From contig CAZXTF010000002.1 of the NCBI GenBank assembly GCA_964643605.1, forward strand, positions 11,282 through 59,084: a DNA stretch of 47,803 nt, given 5' to 3'. A model generated the notes under the pieces. The model had not been told where the DNA came from. It worked only from the letters and a program-made list of their open reading frames with translations, and did no database searches. Below are positions 14,588 through 23,096 of this stretch, in pieces (within the stretch, counting starts at the first letter, position 1; each line of letters starts with the position of its first letter). This stretch comes from an uncultured Candidatus Saccharibacteria bacterium (GTDB lineage: Bacteria > Patescibacteriota > Saccharimonadia > Saccharimonadales > 2-12-FULL-41-12). The position numbers and the translations under genes were made by a program.

Positions 14588-14923
14588 ATGTTTGAGAAGG
14601 CAAAACTACGCTTTCAGGCGACAAGACAGCGAGCTGACCAAGATAAGATCCGAGAGGCAGGCGATACTATGGCGGCAACAATTCTCGACCAGATAGAACA
14701 CGGCCAAAATTCGCCCTACACAGCAGAGGCTACAAATAGCATAAAGTACTTATCCGATGAAATGTTTTTACTCCGCAGTACTACCCGAGCAGTGGAGAGA
14801 TTAGCAACTATCTGTATTGGCGAGGAGCTGCCTGTATACAACGAAGCCTCGACTTTGATTGCAAATCAAGAGACTAAACAAAAAGAACTTATCGTAATCT
14901 TTACCCGACCCAGCGAAGCCTAG
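14588..14923 (+). CDS. hypothetical protein (possible paralogue of preceding ORF)
   Basis: 111-aa ORF that starts 1 nt after the previous stop. Its stop overlaps the RNase J stop codon on the other strand. Confidence 0.6.
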   Translation: MFEKAKLRFQATRQRADQDKIREAGDTMAATILDQIEHGQNSPYTAEATNSIKYLSDEMFLLRSTTRAVERLATICIGEELPVYNEASTLIANQETKQKELIVIFTRPSEA

Positions 14924-16965
14924 TCGACCCGGGCGTCTTGGTTGAGCAGTTTGCTGCGCATTTCGGCGAAACGTTTCTGCATATCTGCAGCCTGCTTTTG
15001 AGGAGTTTGCTGCTGTTGCTGTTTGCTATTACCGTTCTTCTGGGTATTTGGCTTGGTGCCACCGATAATATTTACCACTGGAATTACGATTGGACTACGA
15101 CCAGTTTGCTCGTACAAAAAGTGTGTAACATGCTCTTTAAGCTCTAGCTTGAACCGGTCGAGATCAACTCGCTTGAAGCGCTGAGCGACAGCTCTTTTTA
15201 GTTCTATACGGAAGCTGTTCATCAGCTCTTCTTGGTCTTTCATGTAGATAAACCCACGGCTAATGATATCTGGGCTGGTGAGTAGCTGACCAGTTTTGCG
15301 ATCGACAGTTAGTACAACCGCTACCAAGCCTTCGTTGGCAAGCATTAGGCGATCTTTGACTACTACATTGCTCACAATGGCCCCTGTTTGATCAACTAAG
15401 ATTGTCCCGTGAGGTACGTTACCAGTAATTTCCATACTATTGGCTGTAAACGAAATCACATCGCCGTTCTCGGCATTTACGGTGTTCTTGCGAGGAATCC
15501 CCTCTTCAATCGCAACCTCAATATGTCGCTGTTTAGAGCGATAACTACCAAATACTGGCACAAAGAACTTTGGCTTGACCATATTAATCATGTCTTTGTA
15601 TTCTTCGATACTAGCATGCCCCGAAACGTGCAGTGGCCCACAGCCATCGATACCATGTGTTTCGTGTCGGAAAACATGTACGCCTTTTCGCATTAGATCA
15701 TCAACCATATTACCGATAAGGGCATCGTTACCTGTTTCTGGTATAGGTGTAGAGCTAAGAACTACTGTATCTTGCCCTTTTAGCTTGATGTGTCGGTGAT
15801 CTCCAGTAGACATACGCTGAAGCGCTGAGCTTGGTTCGCCCTGACCACCCGTACACACAACCACAACTTGGTCGTCTTTAAGAGTAGGCACACTGGCAAT
15901 AGGGACAAAGGTACCTTTTGGCACCTTTACAAAGCCGTGGCGAATAGCCATTTCTAGCGTACTGACCATGCTTCGGCCATCGAGCGCAATCTTTTTATTG
16001 TGATGTACTGCGGCATTGATGATCATCTGAATCCGGTTTACGTTGGTGCTAAAGATCGCTACAAAAATCCGGCCTGGTGCTTGATCCATAATATTAGAAA
16101 AGCTCTCTTCCAGCGTACTTTCCGAAGGCGTTCGGCCTGGTCGTTCGGTAGTAGTACTTTCACTCAAGAGTGCGAGTACTCCCTCTTTGCCAAGCTCTTC
16201 AAATCGTTTAGTGTCTGTTATCTCGTGGTCGAGTGGGTTTGGGTCCAGACGGAAATCACCAGTGTTAATAATGCGGCCAACTGGGGTATCAAGCACGATT
16301 GAGGTACTTCCTGGGATAGCATGCGTTACACGAATAAGCTCGACGAAAAACTCTCCAATTTTAAGTCGTTCATGAGTATCTTCGTTCATGGCAACAGTCT
16401 GCAACTCAAAACCGTCTGGCATTGGCAAACCAAAGTTTCCAAAGATTTCCTCCACTCGACCAATAGTAAATTTACTACCATAAATTGGTGCTGGGAACAG
16501 TGGCACAATGTGTGGTAAACCGCCGATGTGGTCGAGATGACCATGAGTAATTATGTACGCCTTTAGTTTGTGTTTAATGCTCTCCAGATATGTCATGTCG
16601 GCAATACCGTAGTTAATACCAGGAAGATCAACACCAAGATCACTGCCAACGTCCATAATCACTGCATCGTTTTTGTATTCGACAAGCACAGTATTTTTAG
16701 AGCCACCACCGTCCATACCGCCCAAACCGATAACTCTAAGTCGTGGGCTGTCGTCGATAAAGTTTGCCCGCTCTGCTCGCTTGGCTTGGCCATTGACCGA
16801 ACCATTGCTATCAGCATTCTGATATTGGTTAGCTATACGATGCGCATCTTCAATAGTTCGCTTTTGCGCACGCAATGCTGCACCACGACTAGCTGGTCGC
16901 CTGTCGTTATTTTCTTTTGGTTTTTGGTTTCGAGGTTTATTGCCTCGATTGTTATTATTAGTCAT
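14920..16965 (-). CDS. rnj: ribonuclease J (metallo-beta-lactamase/beta-CASP)
   Basis: HGHLDHIGGLP motif, beta-CASP core, and AAAGGA SD. It has basic N-terminal and Q-rich C-terminal extensions. Confidence 0.92.
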   Translation of the reverse strand: MTNNNNRGNKPRNQKPKENNDRRPASRGAALRAQKRTIEDAHRIANQYQNADSNGSVNGQAKRAERANFIDDSPRLRVIGLGGMDGGGSKNTVLVEYKNDAVIMDVGSDLGVDLPGINYGIADMTYLESIKHKLKAYIITHGHLDHIGGLPHIVPLFPAPIYGSKFTIGRVEEIFGNFGLPMPDGFELQTVAMNEDTHERLKIGEFFVELIRVTHAIPGSTSIVLDTPVGRIINTGDFRLDPNPLDHEITDTKRFEELGKEGVLALLSESTTTERPGRTPSESTLEESFSNIMDQAPGRIFVAIFSTNVNRIQMIINAAVHHNKKIALDGRSMVSTLEMAIRHGFVKVPKGTFVPIASVPTLKDDQVVVVCTGGQGEPSSALQRMSTGDHRHIKLKGQDTVVLSSTPIPETGNDALIGNMVDDLMRKGVHVFRHETHGIDGCGPLHVSGHASIEEYKDMINMVKPKFFVPVFGSYRSKQRHIEVAIEEGIPRKNTVNAENGDVISFTANSMEITGNVPHGTILVDQTGAIVSNVVVKDRLMLANEGLVAVVLTVDRKTGQLLTSPDIISRGFIYMKDQEELMNSFRIELKRAVAQRFKRVDLDRFKLELKEHVTHFLYEQTGRSPIVIPVVNIIGGTKPNTQKNGNSKQQQQQTPQKQAADMQKRFAEMRSKLLNQDARVD

Positions 16966-16975
16966 TATTATTCCT

Positions 16976-17590
16976 TTATTTAGATTCGTTAATTTGTTTG
17001 ATAATTTCTGGGACTAGCGCAAAATCGTCAATCAGCGTCTGTCGCAAAGAACCGTTGTATAGTGCAGCAGCCGGATGATACAGCGGCAAGACAACGAGCT
17101 TTTCGGTGCCAAAACTGATTCGCTTTGGCTGACCATGTATCGCTGTTATCCGCATACCAGGAAGAAAATATTCCATACTGTGCCGACCCAGAGTCACGAC
17201 AATTTTGGGCTTTATAACTGCTAATTGTCGGGTTAAATACGGCCAAAATGCCTTTTTCTCATCGGGTAATGGATCTCTGTTATTCGGCGGACGATACTTC
17301 ACAATATTCGTAATGTACACGTCGCTACGGTCCATACCGACAGTTGCTAGCATTTCATTCAAGAATTTACCGGCTGCGCCAACAAAGGGCAGGCCTTGCA
17401 AATCCTCATTTTTCCCAGGGGCTTCACCTATAAACACAATGTCTGCATTTATATTACCGTCGCCCATGACAAGGTTCGTGGCTGTTTGAGCCAAATCTGG
17501 GCAGACATTTTTATCTAAAATCTCTGCCCTAATCTGATCAAGCAGTGCTTGCTTATCGTCGCTTTTTGGCACTCTTTTTTCGTACCCCAA
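16976..17590 (-). CDS. family 4 uracil-DNA glycosylase (Fe-S ligand cysteines missing)
   Basis: Motif A is FIGEAPGKNEDLQGLPFVGAAGKFL and motif B is LYHPAAAL. The track start is TTG 17590; GTG 17571 is also possible. Confidence 0.85.
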   Translation of the reverse strand: MGYEKRVPKSDDKQALLDQIRAEILDKNVCPDLAQTATNLVMGDGNINADIVFIGEAPGKNEDLQGLPFVGAAGKFLNEMLATVGMDRSDVYITNIVKYRPPNNRDPLPDEKKAFWPYLTRQLAVIKPKIVVTLGRHSMEYFLPGMRITAIHGQPKRISFGTEKLVVLPLYHPAAALYNGSLRQTLIDDFALVPEIIKQINESK

Positions 17591-17774
17591 CTATCCTTAA
17601 GACATTATGAATTGCGCCAACTGCTGCGAGAACACCAACGGTGTAACTCCACAAGTTAGCGGTATCAATAGCAATAGAAAGAAAAATATATGCGACCAAA
17701 AGTTCAACTACCGCAAAACTCGCCAACCCTTTTTTGGTCTGATGCCATGCATGTAGTTTATGAACTAAATCCAT
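17553..17774 (-). CDS. small membrane protein (2 TM), hypothetical
   Basis: The ATG overlaps the pnp stop (TAATG). It has two hydrophobic helices and a basic tail KKSAKKRR. Confidence 0.5.
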   Translation of the reverse strand: MDLVHKLHAWHQTKKGLASFAVVELLVAYIFLSIAIDTANLWSYTVGVLAAVGAIHNVLRIVGVRKKSAKKRR

Positions 17775-19906
17775 TATTTTTTCTCCGATTTTACAGCTGC
17801 TTTCATGCTAAGTTGCAATCTACCTCGCTCGTCGATACCAAGAAGCTTTACAGTTACTGTGTCACCTTCTTTAACAACATCGCTTGGGTTACTCACCCGC
17901 TCGTCTTTCATCTCGCTGACGTGCACAAGACCTTCTTTACCAGGCAAGATTTCAACAAATGCCCCGAAGTCTAGCACGCTAACAACTCGGCAATCCGTAT
18001 ATATTTTACCAACTTCTGGCTCGGCTGTAATGTTTTGCACCCACAACTTAGCAGCATCGATACTTTTCTTGTCCGGGCTAGCAATCATAACCGTTCCATC
18101 GTCTTTGATGTCTATCTCAGCACCAGTCTCGGCGATGATCTTGTTGATCGTCTCGCCACCTTTACCGATAACTTCCCGGATCTTATCTGGGTTGATCTGG
18201 ATAGCCTCAACTTGTGGGGCGAATTCGCTCAATTCAACTCGAGGTCGATTAAGTGTCGTTAGCATATGATCAAGAATAGCCAATCGGCCTTCTCTTCCTT
18301 GCAGCAATGCTTGCTTTAAAACTTCAGGACTCAAACCATGCACCTTCATATCCATCTGAAGTGCTGTAATACCTCTCTTGGTACCAGTTACCTTAAAGTC
18401 CATGTCTCCTGCAAAGTCCTCTGCGTCGGCAATATCACTCAAAATATATGGCTTGTCATCGTCGCCCAGCATCAAGCCCATCGCAATGCCACTCACTGGT
18501 GCTTTTAGAGGCACCCCAGCGTCCATCAGTGCCAAACAGCTCGAACATGTTGCGGCCATACTAGTAGAGCCATTTTGGCTCATAATCTCGGTGACTGAAC
18601 GAATTGTGTATGGAAAGTCAGCTTCGCTTGGCAAAACAGCTGTGAGCGCTCGTTCGGCGAGCAACCCATGGCCAATTTCTCGCCGACCTGGACTACCAAG
18701 ACGCCGTACTTCACCAACTGTATAACCCGGTGCATTGTAGTGATGGAAATAGCGCTTATCTTCGCTCTTCTCCATGGTATCGATCATCTGTGCATAGCTA
18801 AGCGGTGCAAGTGTTACGATATTCATAGCCTGCGTCATACCTCGAGTAAACAAACTCGAGCCATGAGTTCGGGGCAAAATACCAACTTCGCTGGAAAGTT
18901 GACGTATCTCAGTTAGTTTTCGGCCATCAGGACGAATATTTTTCTCAACAATGCCCTTTCGCACGTCTTTGTGTAGAGCCATCGTGAACGCCTCATCATA
19001 CGTAGACTTGTGGTCTTCATAATCTTCGCCATGTTTTTCGGTGAATGCTTCATGAAAACTTAGGCGTAATTCATTAACCAGTTCGTTTCGCTCTGGGTAT
19101 GCAGCACGGAGGGCCTCACCCAGCTTACCGTCGACCCATGCATCTACCTCTTCCTGAATAGATTCATCTGGCAAATCAAGCTCGTATTCTTGCTTGGTCA
19201 CACCAATCTTCGCTGCCAACTCTTCCTGTAGTGCAATAGCTGGCTGAATAGCCTCTTGGGCAAATACTAATGCCTCAGCAACTTCATCTTCGGTTACTTC
19301 ACTAGCGCCAGCCTCAACCATCATAACGCCATCTTTGGTTCCAGCAACGACAAGATCAAGCTTGCCTTCGCTCAGTTGTTCACTTGTCGCAAATGGCACA
19401 TACTTGCCGTCTACAAGTGCTAAGCGCACACCAGCGACCGGGCCATCAAATGGTGCGCCAGTCAGCATAAATGCTGCACTCACCGCAATCATAGCAATCA
19501 TATCTGGGCGAAATTCTGGATCCATACTCAGGACCGAACCCACACCCTGCACTTCGTGCCGATAGCCTTTTGGCCAAAGTGGGCGGATTGGTCGGTCGAT
19601 TAATCGGCTAATCAACACTGCGTCTTCACTAGGACGACCCTCTCGTTTAATAAATCGGCTGCCACTAATCTTGCCAGCTGCATACATTTTTTCCTCGTAG
19701 TCGATAGAAAGCGGGAAATAATTAAATCCCTTAAGTCGACTATCGCTTACCATGGCAGTTCCCAGCACTACGGTATCTCCGTAGCGGACAATTACACTGG
19801 CACTGGTCCGAAAGCCTACTCGGCCAACTTCTAGGGTTAGTTTTTTACCGCAAAAATCGGTACTTACGCTAACAATATCCTTACCAAATGGATTGATTGT
19901 ACTCAT
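17774..19906 (-). CDS. pnp: polyribonucleotide nucleotidyltransferase (PNPase)
   Basis: Two RNase PH domains, a KH domain ([11 protein letters not shown]) and an S1 domain ([18 protein letters not shown]). Confidence 0.96.
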   Translation of the reverse strand: MSTINPFGKDIVSVSTDFCGKKLTLEVGRVGFRTSASVIVRYGDTVVLGTAMVSDSRLKGFNYFPLSIDYEEKMYAAGKISGSRFIKREGRPSEDAVLISRLIDRPIRPLWPKGYRHEVQGVGSVLSMDPEFRPDMIAMIAVSAAFMLTGAPFDGPVAGVRLALVDGKYVPFATSEQLSEGKLDLVVAGTKDGVMMVEAGASEVTEDEVAEALVFAQEAIQPAIALQEELAAKIGVTKQEYELDLPDESIQEEVDAWVDGKLGEALRAAYPERNELVNELRLSFHEAFTEKHGEDYEDHKSTYDEAFTMALHKDVRKGIVEKNIRPDGRKLTEIRQLSSEVGILPRTHGSSLFTRGMTQAMNIVTLAPLSYAQMIDTMEKSEDKRYFHHYNAPGYTVGEVRRLGSPGRREIGHGLLAERALTAVLPSEADFPYTIRSVTEIMSQNGSTSMAATCSSCLALMDAGVPLKAPVSGIAMGLMLGDDDKPYILSDIADAEDFAGDMDFKVTGTKRGITALQMDMKVHGLSPEVLKQALLQGREGRLAILDHMLTTLNRPRVELSEFAPQVEAIQINPDKIREVIGKGGETINKIIAETGAEIDIKDDGTVMIASPDKKSIDAAKLWVQNITAEPEVGKIYTDCRVVSVLDFGAFVEILPGKEGLVHVSEMKDERVSNPSDVVKEGDTVTVKLLGIDERGRLQLSMKAAVKSEKK

Positions 19907-19930
19907 TTTTATTCAATTTTTCCTTCCTTA

Positions 19931-19983
19931 TTCGTCGCATGGTTCAGATATACAAAATTGTATAGCTGCTTCCCTACGACGAA
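19931..19983 (-). promoter_or_regulatory. long hairpin in pnp 5' leader (RNase III-type autoregulatory stem by analogy)
   Basis: TTCGTCG (19931-19937) pairs with CGACGAA (19977-19983) and encloses ATACAA..TTGTAT. It ends about 25 nt upstream of the pnp ATG. Confidence 0.45.
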
Positions 19984-20065
19984 ATTAATAACTCTTATTG
20001 AGAGTTCGTTATGTAACTCTCTGGTACTGGCACGTTGCTAGAACGTACAAAAACTAGAGTGTCAA

Positions 20066-20332
20066 TTAGCGCCTGATACCCAATTTCTTAATCAGGGCAA
20101 GATACGCTTGAGAATCTTTGTCTGCAATATATTTAAGCAAACGCTTCCGCTGACCAACCATTTGTAGCAAGCCACGTCGGGCTGCAAAATCTTTTTTATT
20201 AACTTTCAAATGTTCGGTAATTTCAGCAATACGAGCAGTTAAAATACCTACCTGCACCTCTGGTGAGCCAGTATCTTTCTTGTTCTTTGCAAGGTCTGCA
20301 ATTATCTTCTGTTTCTTGTCAGTAGTTATCAT
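20066..20332 (-). CDS. rpsO: 30S ribosomal protein S15
   Basis: GSPEVQVGILTARIAEITEHLKVNKKDFAARRGLLQMVGQRKRLLKY. Confidence 0.96.
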   Translation of the reverse strand: MITTDKKQKIIADLAKNKKDTGSPEVQVGILTARIAEITEHLKVNKKDFAARRGLLQMVGQRKRLLKYIADKDSQAYLALIKKLGIRR

Positions 20333-20358
20333 GCGTTAGGCACTATTCTAGCACACTC

Positions 20359-21036
20359 TCATCTGTTAATCAAGTATTTGTTCGGTTCTTGTGAATTAGG
20401 AGAAATCGCTTGTTCAATTTTAAATTCTCCGACGATTGTGCGGCGGAGGTCGGACATGTAAGCACCAGTTTCGAGCTTTTTGCCAATATCTTCTACCAGT
20501 GAGCGGATATATGTGCCACTGCTAACAGAAGTAGTGAAGTGTATTTCTGGGTAGTTGTAATCTGTTAGCTCTATATTATTAACTCGGATTTTTCGGGGTT
20601 CTATAGCTACTTCCTCCCCTTTTCGGGCCAATTTGTAGGCCCGTTGACCGTTTATCTTTATAGCCGAGTAAATAGGCGGTGTCTGCATACTTTCGCCCTC
20701 GAAGCTCTGTAAAGCTGCTAGAACCTTGTCTTTTGAAGGGTTTTTGCTCGATACTTCTGTTTTTTCGCCCTCTTCGTCTCCGGTTGAGCTGGTTTGGCCG
20801 AGTTTCATGGTTACTTCGTACGTCTTATCTAATTTACTAAATTCGCTTGCTCGTTTGCAGTACGAGCCGACCACAACGACCATTAAACCTGTCGCCAAAG
20901 GGTCAAGCGTACCCGTATGCCCAACTTTTACCTTCTTGCCCGCCTCTTTTCTTAGAATATTTCGGACTTTGGCCACTACATCAAAAGATGACCAACCACT
21001 TGGCTTATCAACTAGTAAAATCCCATCAAACTCCAT
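20359..21036 (-). CDS. truB: tRNA pseudouridine(55) synthase TruB
   Basis: The protein starts MEFDGILLVDKPSGWSSFDVV and carries the catalytic GHTGTLDPLATG motif. The longer track ORF (to 21198) overlaps the upstream gene and is rejected. Confidence 0.9.
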   Translation of the reverse strand: MEFDGILLVDKPSGWSSFDVVAKVRNILRKEAGKKVKVGHTGTLDPLATGLMVVVVGSYCKRASEFSKLDKTYEVTMKLGQTSSTGDEEGEKTEVSSKNPSKDKVLAALQSFEGESMQTPPIYSAIKINGQRAYKLARKGEEVAIEPRKIRVNNIELTDYNYPEIHFTTSVSSGTYIRSLVEDIGKKLETGAYMSDLRRTIVGEFKIEQAISPNSQEPNKYLINR

Positions 21037-21094
21037 AAGTACTATCCATAATACCCCACCCGCTACGCTGGTGGGCAGAGCAGTCGGCCTAAAC

Positions 21095-22606
21095 CTAAGA
21101 AGTGGGGGGCATGAGGGGGGGTGGCACAGGTGGCGGAGGCCCCGCAGGCCTATTATTTTCCTGATTCTTAGGCTCTTCAGGGGTATGTAGTTGTTCACTT
21201 AACGATTGAGTACCTACGGACTGTTTTGGTTGTGGCACAGGCGGTGGTGCTGCCTCGGCAGCTGTAGCGGCAGTTTCACGAGCTTTTTCTGCATCTAAAT
21301 GCGGACTGGCTACTTCTTCTTCGATCTGGTGCAGTGTTTTACCTCTGTCGGCAATACTATTTTCTGGCTCTTTGGCGGCTGCTCGATTGTTATGCCCCAA
21401 GATAGGACTTTTTTTATCAGCGCCAGTACTTAGAGGATCGGTGGTTCCCTCGTATTGGCGGTCTTCTGCCACGCTATTGGCAGTTAGCTGACCACCTAAT
21501 GTTGGTGGTTCTTTTACAAGGCCTGGCGTATTTTTGGGAGGCTCTCCCGAAGGACTTTCGGCATCTTGATCGGTCTTACCTTCTTCTGTTTTAGGCTCTT
21601 GGCTCTCATCGAGATAACGATTGTCTACCAGCGAGTGGAACTTACCGTACTCATCGATATGAATATCGTCTTGTTCCTCTGGTTCTACCTCTGGTATTTC
21701 AGCTGCTTCGTTGTCTTCTTCTGGAACTGGTTCCTCGTCGCCGCTATGGCTGATCCGAATCGTACCGTCTGGAGTTGCTTTATCATCGCCCTGCTGTTTT
21801 GCCTTCTCTTCATCTTCGGCTTCTTTCTCAGCCTTTTTGCGAGATTCCTCCAGCTTTGTAGCTACCAGCTGAGTACTCGCACCGGCGGACATTAAGACGC
21901 CCGATATAGACATGGTATGTGGAGATACTTTCTCATTACGAAAGCGGTCTGTCTCGGCCACGACTCCTGTTAGGAGGGCGGTGGCAATCTGCGTATCAAG
22001 AACATCACGCTTGAGCTCAAGTGCAACGTCACTAACCATTTCACACAGGCTACTCGCCCGAGTTTCTACCCAGTCGATAGCTGCAAGATTAGATTTTGCC
22101 TTATTGCTAATACCAATAATCGTGGCATCGTGCAAGATACGACCATGTGCCGTAATAGCTGCATCCAGATGACCCTTGTCTTCTACCCCAATAGCCACGA
22201 TAGTTTCGATATTAAAGTCGCCCTGGCTAAATTGTAAGTCTTTTTCGTCGATACTAGTTTTATACGGAGTAATGTAGATCTTTACCACATCGTCCTCAAC
22301 CTTATAGCGAAGTTTGTCTGCCTTTGACTTATCAAGAGCAATAATAAAATCACGCAAGCTATTAGTGTTTTTTTCGAGAGTTTTTTCTGGCTTGAGAAAT
22401 TCTATTGCTGAGGGAACTTTACCGCTAAATACGGCGGTGGCATGCTTGCCAATCTTATTAAGTGTAATCGTAAGGCCAATACAGGCCGCCAGCTGGTCAA
22501 GTGAAGGGTTAGCACTAACCGTAACTAAAATATTATTAGTATTTTTTAGCTTATCGATAGCTTGTTCAAAATGACCAAGTGGAGCTTTATTGTTTTTTGG
22601 TGGCAT
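21095..22606 (-). CDS. DHH-family (NrnA-like) protein with degenerate catalytic motifs and long acidic/Pro-rich tail
   Basis: The order of DHH motifs I-IV is recognisable (NPSLDQLAA, ALDKS, VEDKGH, AETDRF), but DxD and DHH are not conserved. No GGGH/DHHA1 motif is present. The C-terminal ~250 aa are low complexity and end PPPPVPPPLMPPTS. Confidence 0.6.
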   Translation of the reverse strand: MPPKNNKAPLGHFEQAIDKLKNTNNILVTVSANPSLDQLAACIGLTITLNKIGKHATAVFSGKVPSAIEFLKPEKTLEKNTNSLRDFIIALDKSKADKLRYKVEDDVVKIYITPYKTSIDEKDLQFSQGDFNIETIVAIGVEDKGHLDAAITAHGRILHDATIIGISNKAKSNLAAIDWVETRASSLCEMVSDVALELKRDVLDTQIATALLTGVVAETDRFRNEKVSPHTMSISGVLMSAGASTQLVATKLEESRKKAEKEAEDEEKAKQQGDDKATPDGTIRISHSGDEEPVPEEDNEAAEIPEVEPEEQDDIHIDEYGKFHSLVDNRYLDESQEPKTEEGKTDQDAESPSGEPPKNTPGLVKEPPTLGGQLTANSVAEDRQYEGTTDPLSTGADKKSPILGHNNRAAAKEPENSIADRGKTLHQIEEEVASPHLDAEKARETAATAAEAAPPPVPQPKQSVGTQSLSEQLHTPEEPKNQENNRPAGPPPPVPPPLMPPTS

Positions 22607-22684
22607 AGCGTATTTTTGTTTTAACTATTTATGTTAATAAACATATCATACATAAGCATTTTTGTCCAGATGTTTATCAAGGTT

Positions 22685-22713
22685 TTGCAGTTTAAGCGTA
22701 TTTAGGTTATAGT
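22685..22713 (+). promoter_or_regulatory. rpsT promoter (TTGCAG-17-TATAGT)
   Basis: -35 = 22685-22690 and -10 = 22708-22713. AAAGGAAAG SD precedes the ATG at 22758. Confidence 0.55.
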
Positions 22714-22757
22714 TATGTCCATCACTTCGTAAAAAATAACTAAAGGAAAGTTGATAT

Positions 22758-23096
22758 ATGCCAATTATAAAATCTGCTCGTAAACGAGTGCGAGTTGCTC
22801 GTAAGGCTACTGTTCGCAACCTGCGAACTAAGCGGTCTTTGAAGCAAGCTATTAAGTCTGTGCAGAGCACAGTAAAAAGTGGTAAAAGCGCCGACCAAGA
22901 GCTAAAAGATGCACAAAGTGCCATCGATACAGCGGTAAAGAAGGGTGTGCTCCACAAGAATAAGGCTGCTCGTAAGAAAGCACAGCTGGCACGAGAAGCT
23001 AAGAAAACTACCAAAGCTTCTAAGACAGCCAAGAAAGCTGCTCCAAAGAAGCCAGCAGCCAAGAAGACTCCAGCCAAAAAACCAGCTAAGAAATAG
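22758..23096 (+). CDS. rpsT: 30S ribosomal protein S20 with Lys/Ala-rich C-terminal extension
   Basis: MPIIKSARKRVRVARKATVRNLRTKRSLKQAIK. The tail reads AKKAAPKKPAAKKTPAKKPAKK. Confidence 0.93.
   Translation: MPIIKSARKRVRVARKATVRNLRTKRSLKQAIKSVQSTVKSGKSADQELKDAQSAIDTAVKKGVLHKNKAARKKAQLAREAKKTTKASKTAKKAAPKKPAAKKTPAKKPAKK

Noticed and set aside
20359-21198. N-terminal extensions of track ORFs: truB to 21198, argS to 38197, murE-like to 45719, ftsK to 14067, ssb to 10452, rpsF to 10892, holA to 24096, and the 10957 ORF to 11790.
   Set aside because: The extensions overlap neighbouring genes or promoters, lack SDs, and add non-homologous residues ahead of well-conserved family N-termini. I chose the internal ATGs, which are mostly preceded by an SD.
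22646-23077. 143-aa minus-strand ORF opposite rpsT.
   Set aside because: It is an antisense shadow of the Lys/Ala-rich S20 coding sequence. AAG/GCT repeats read as Leu/Ala/Phe on the other strand. rpsT is the real gene.
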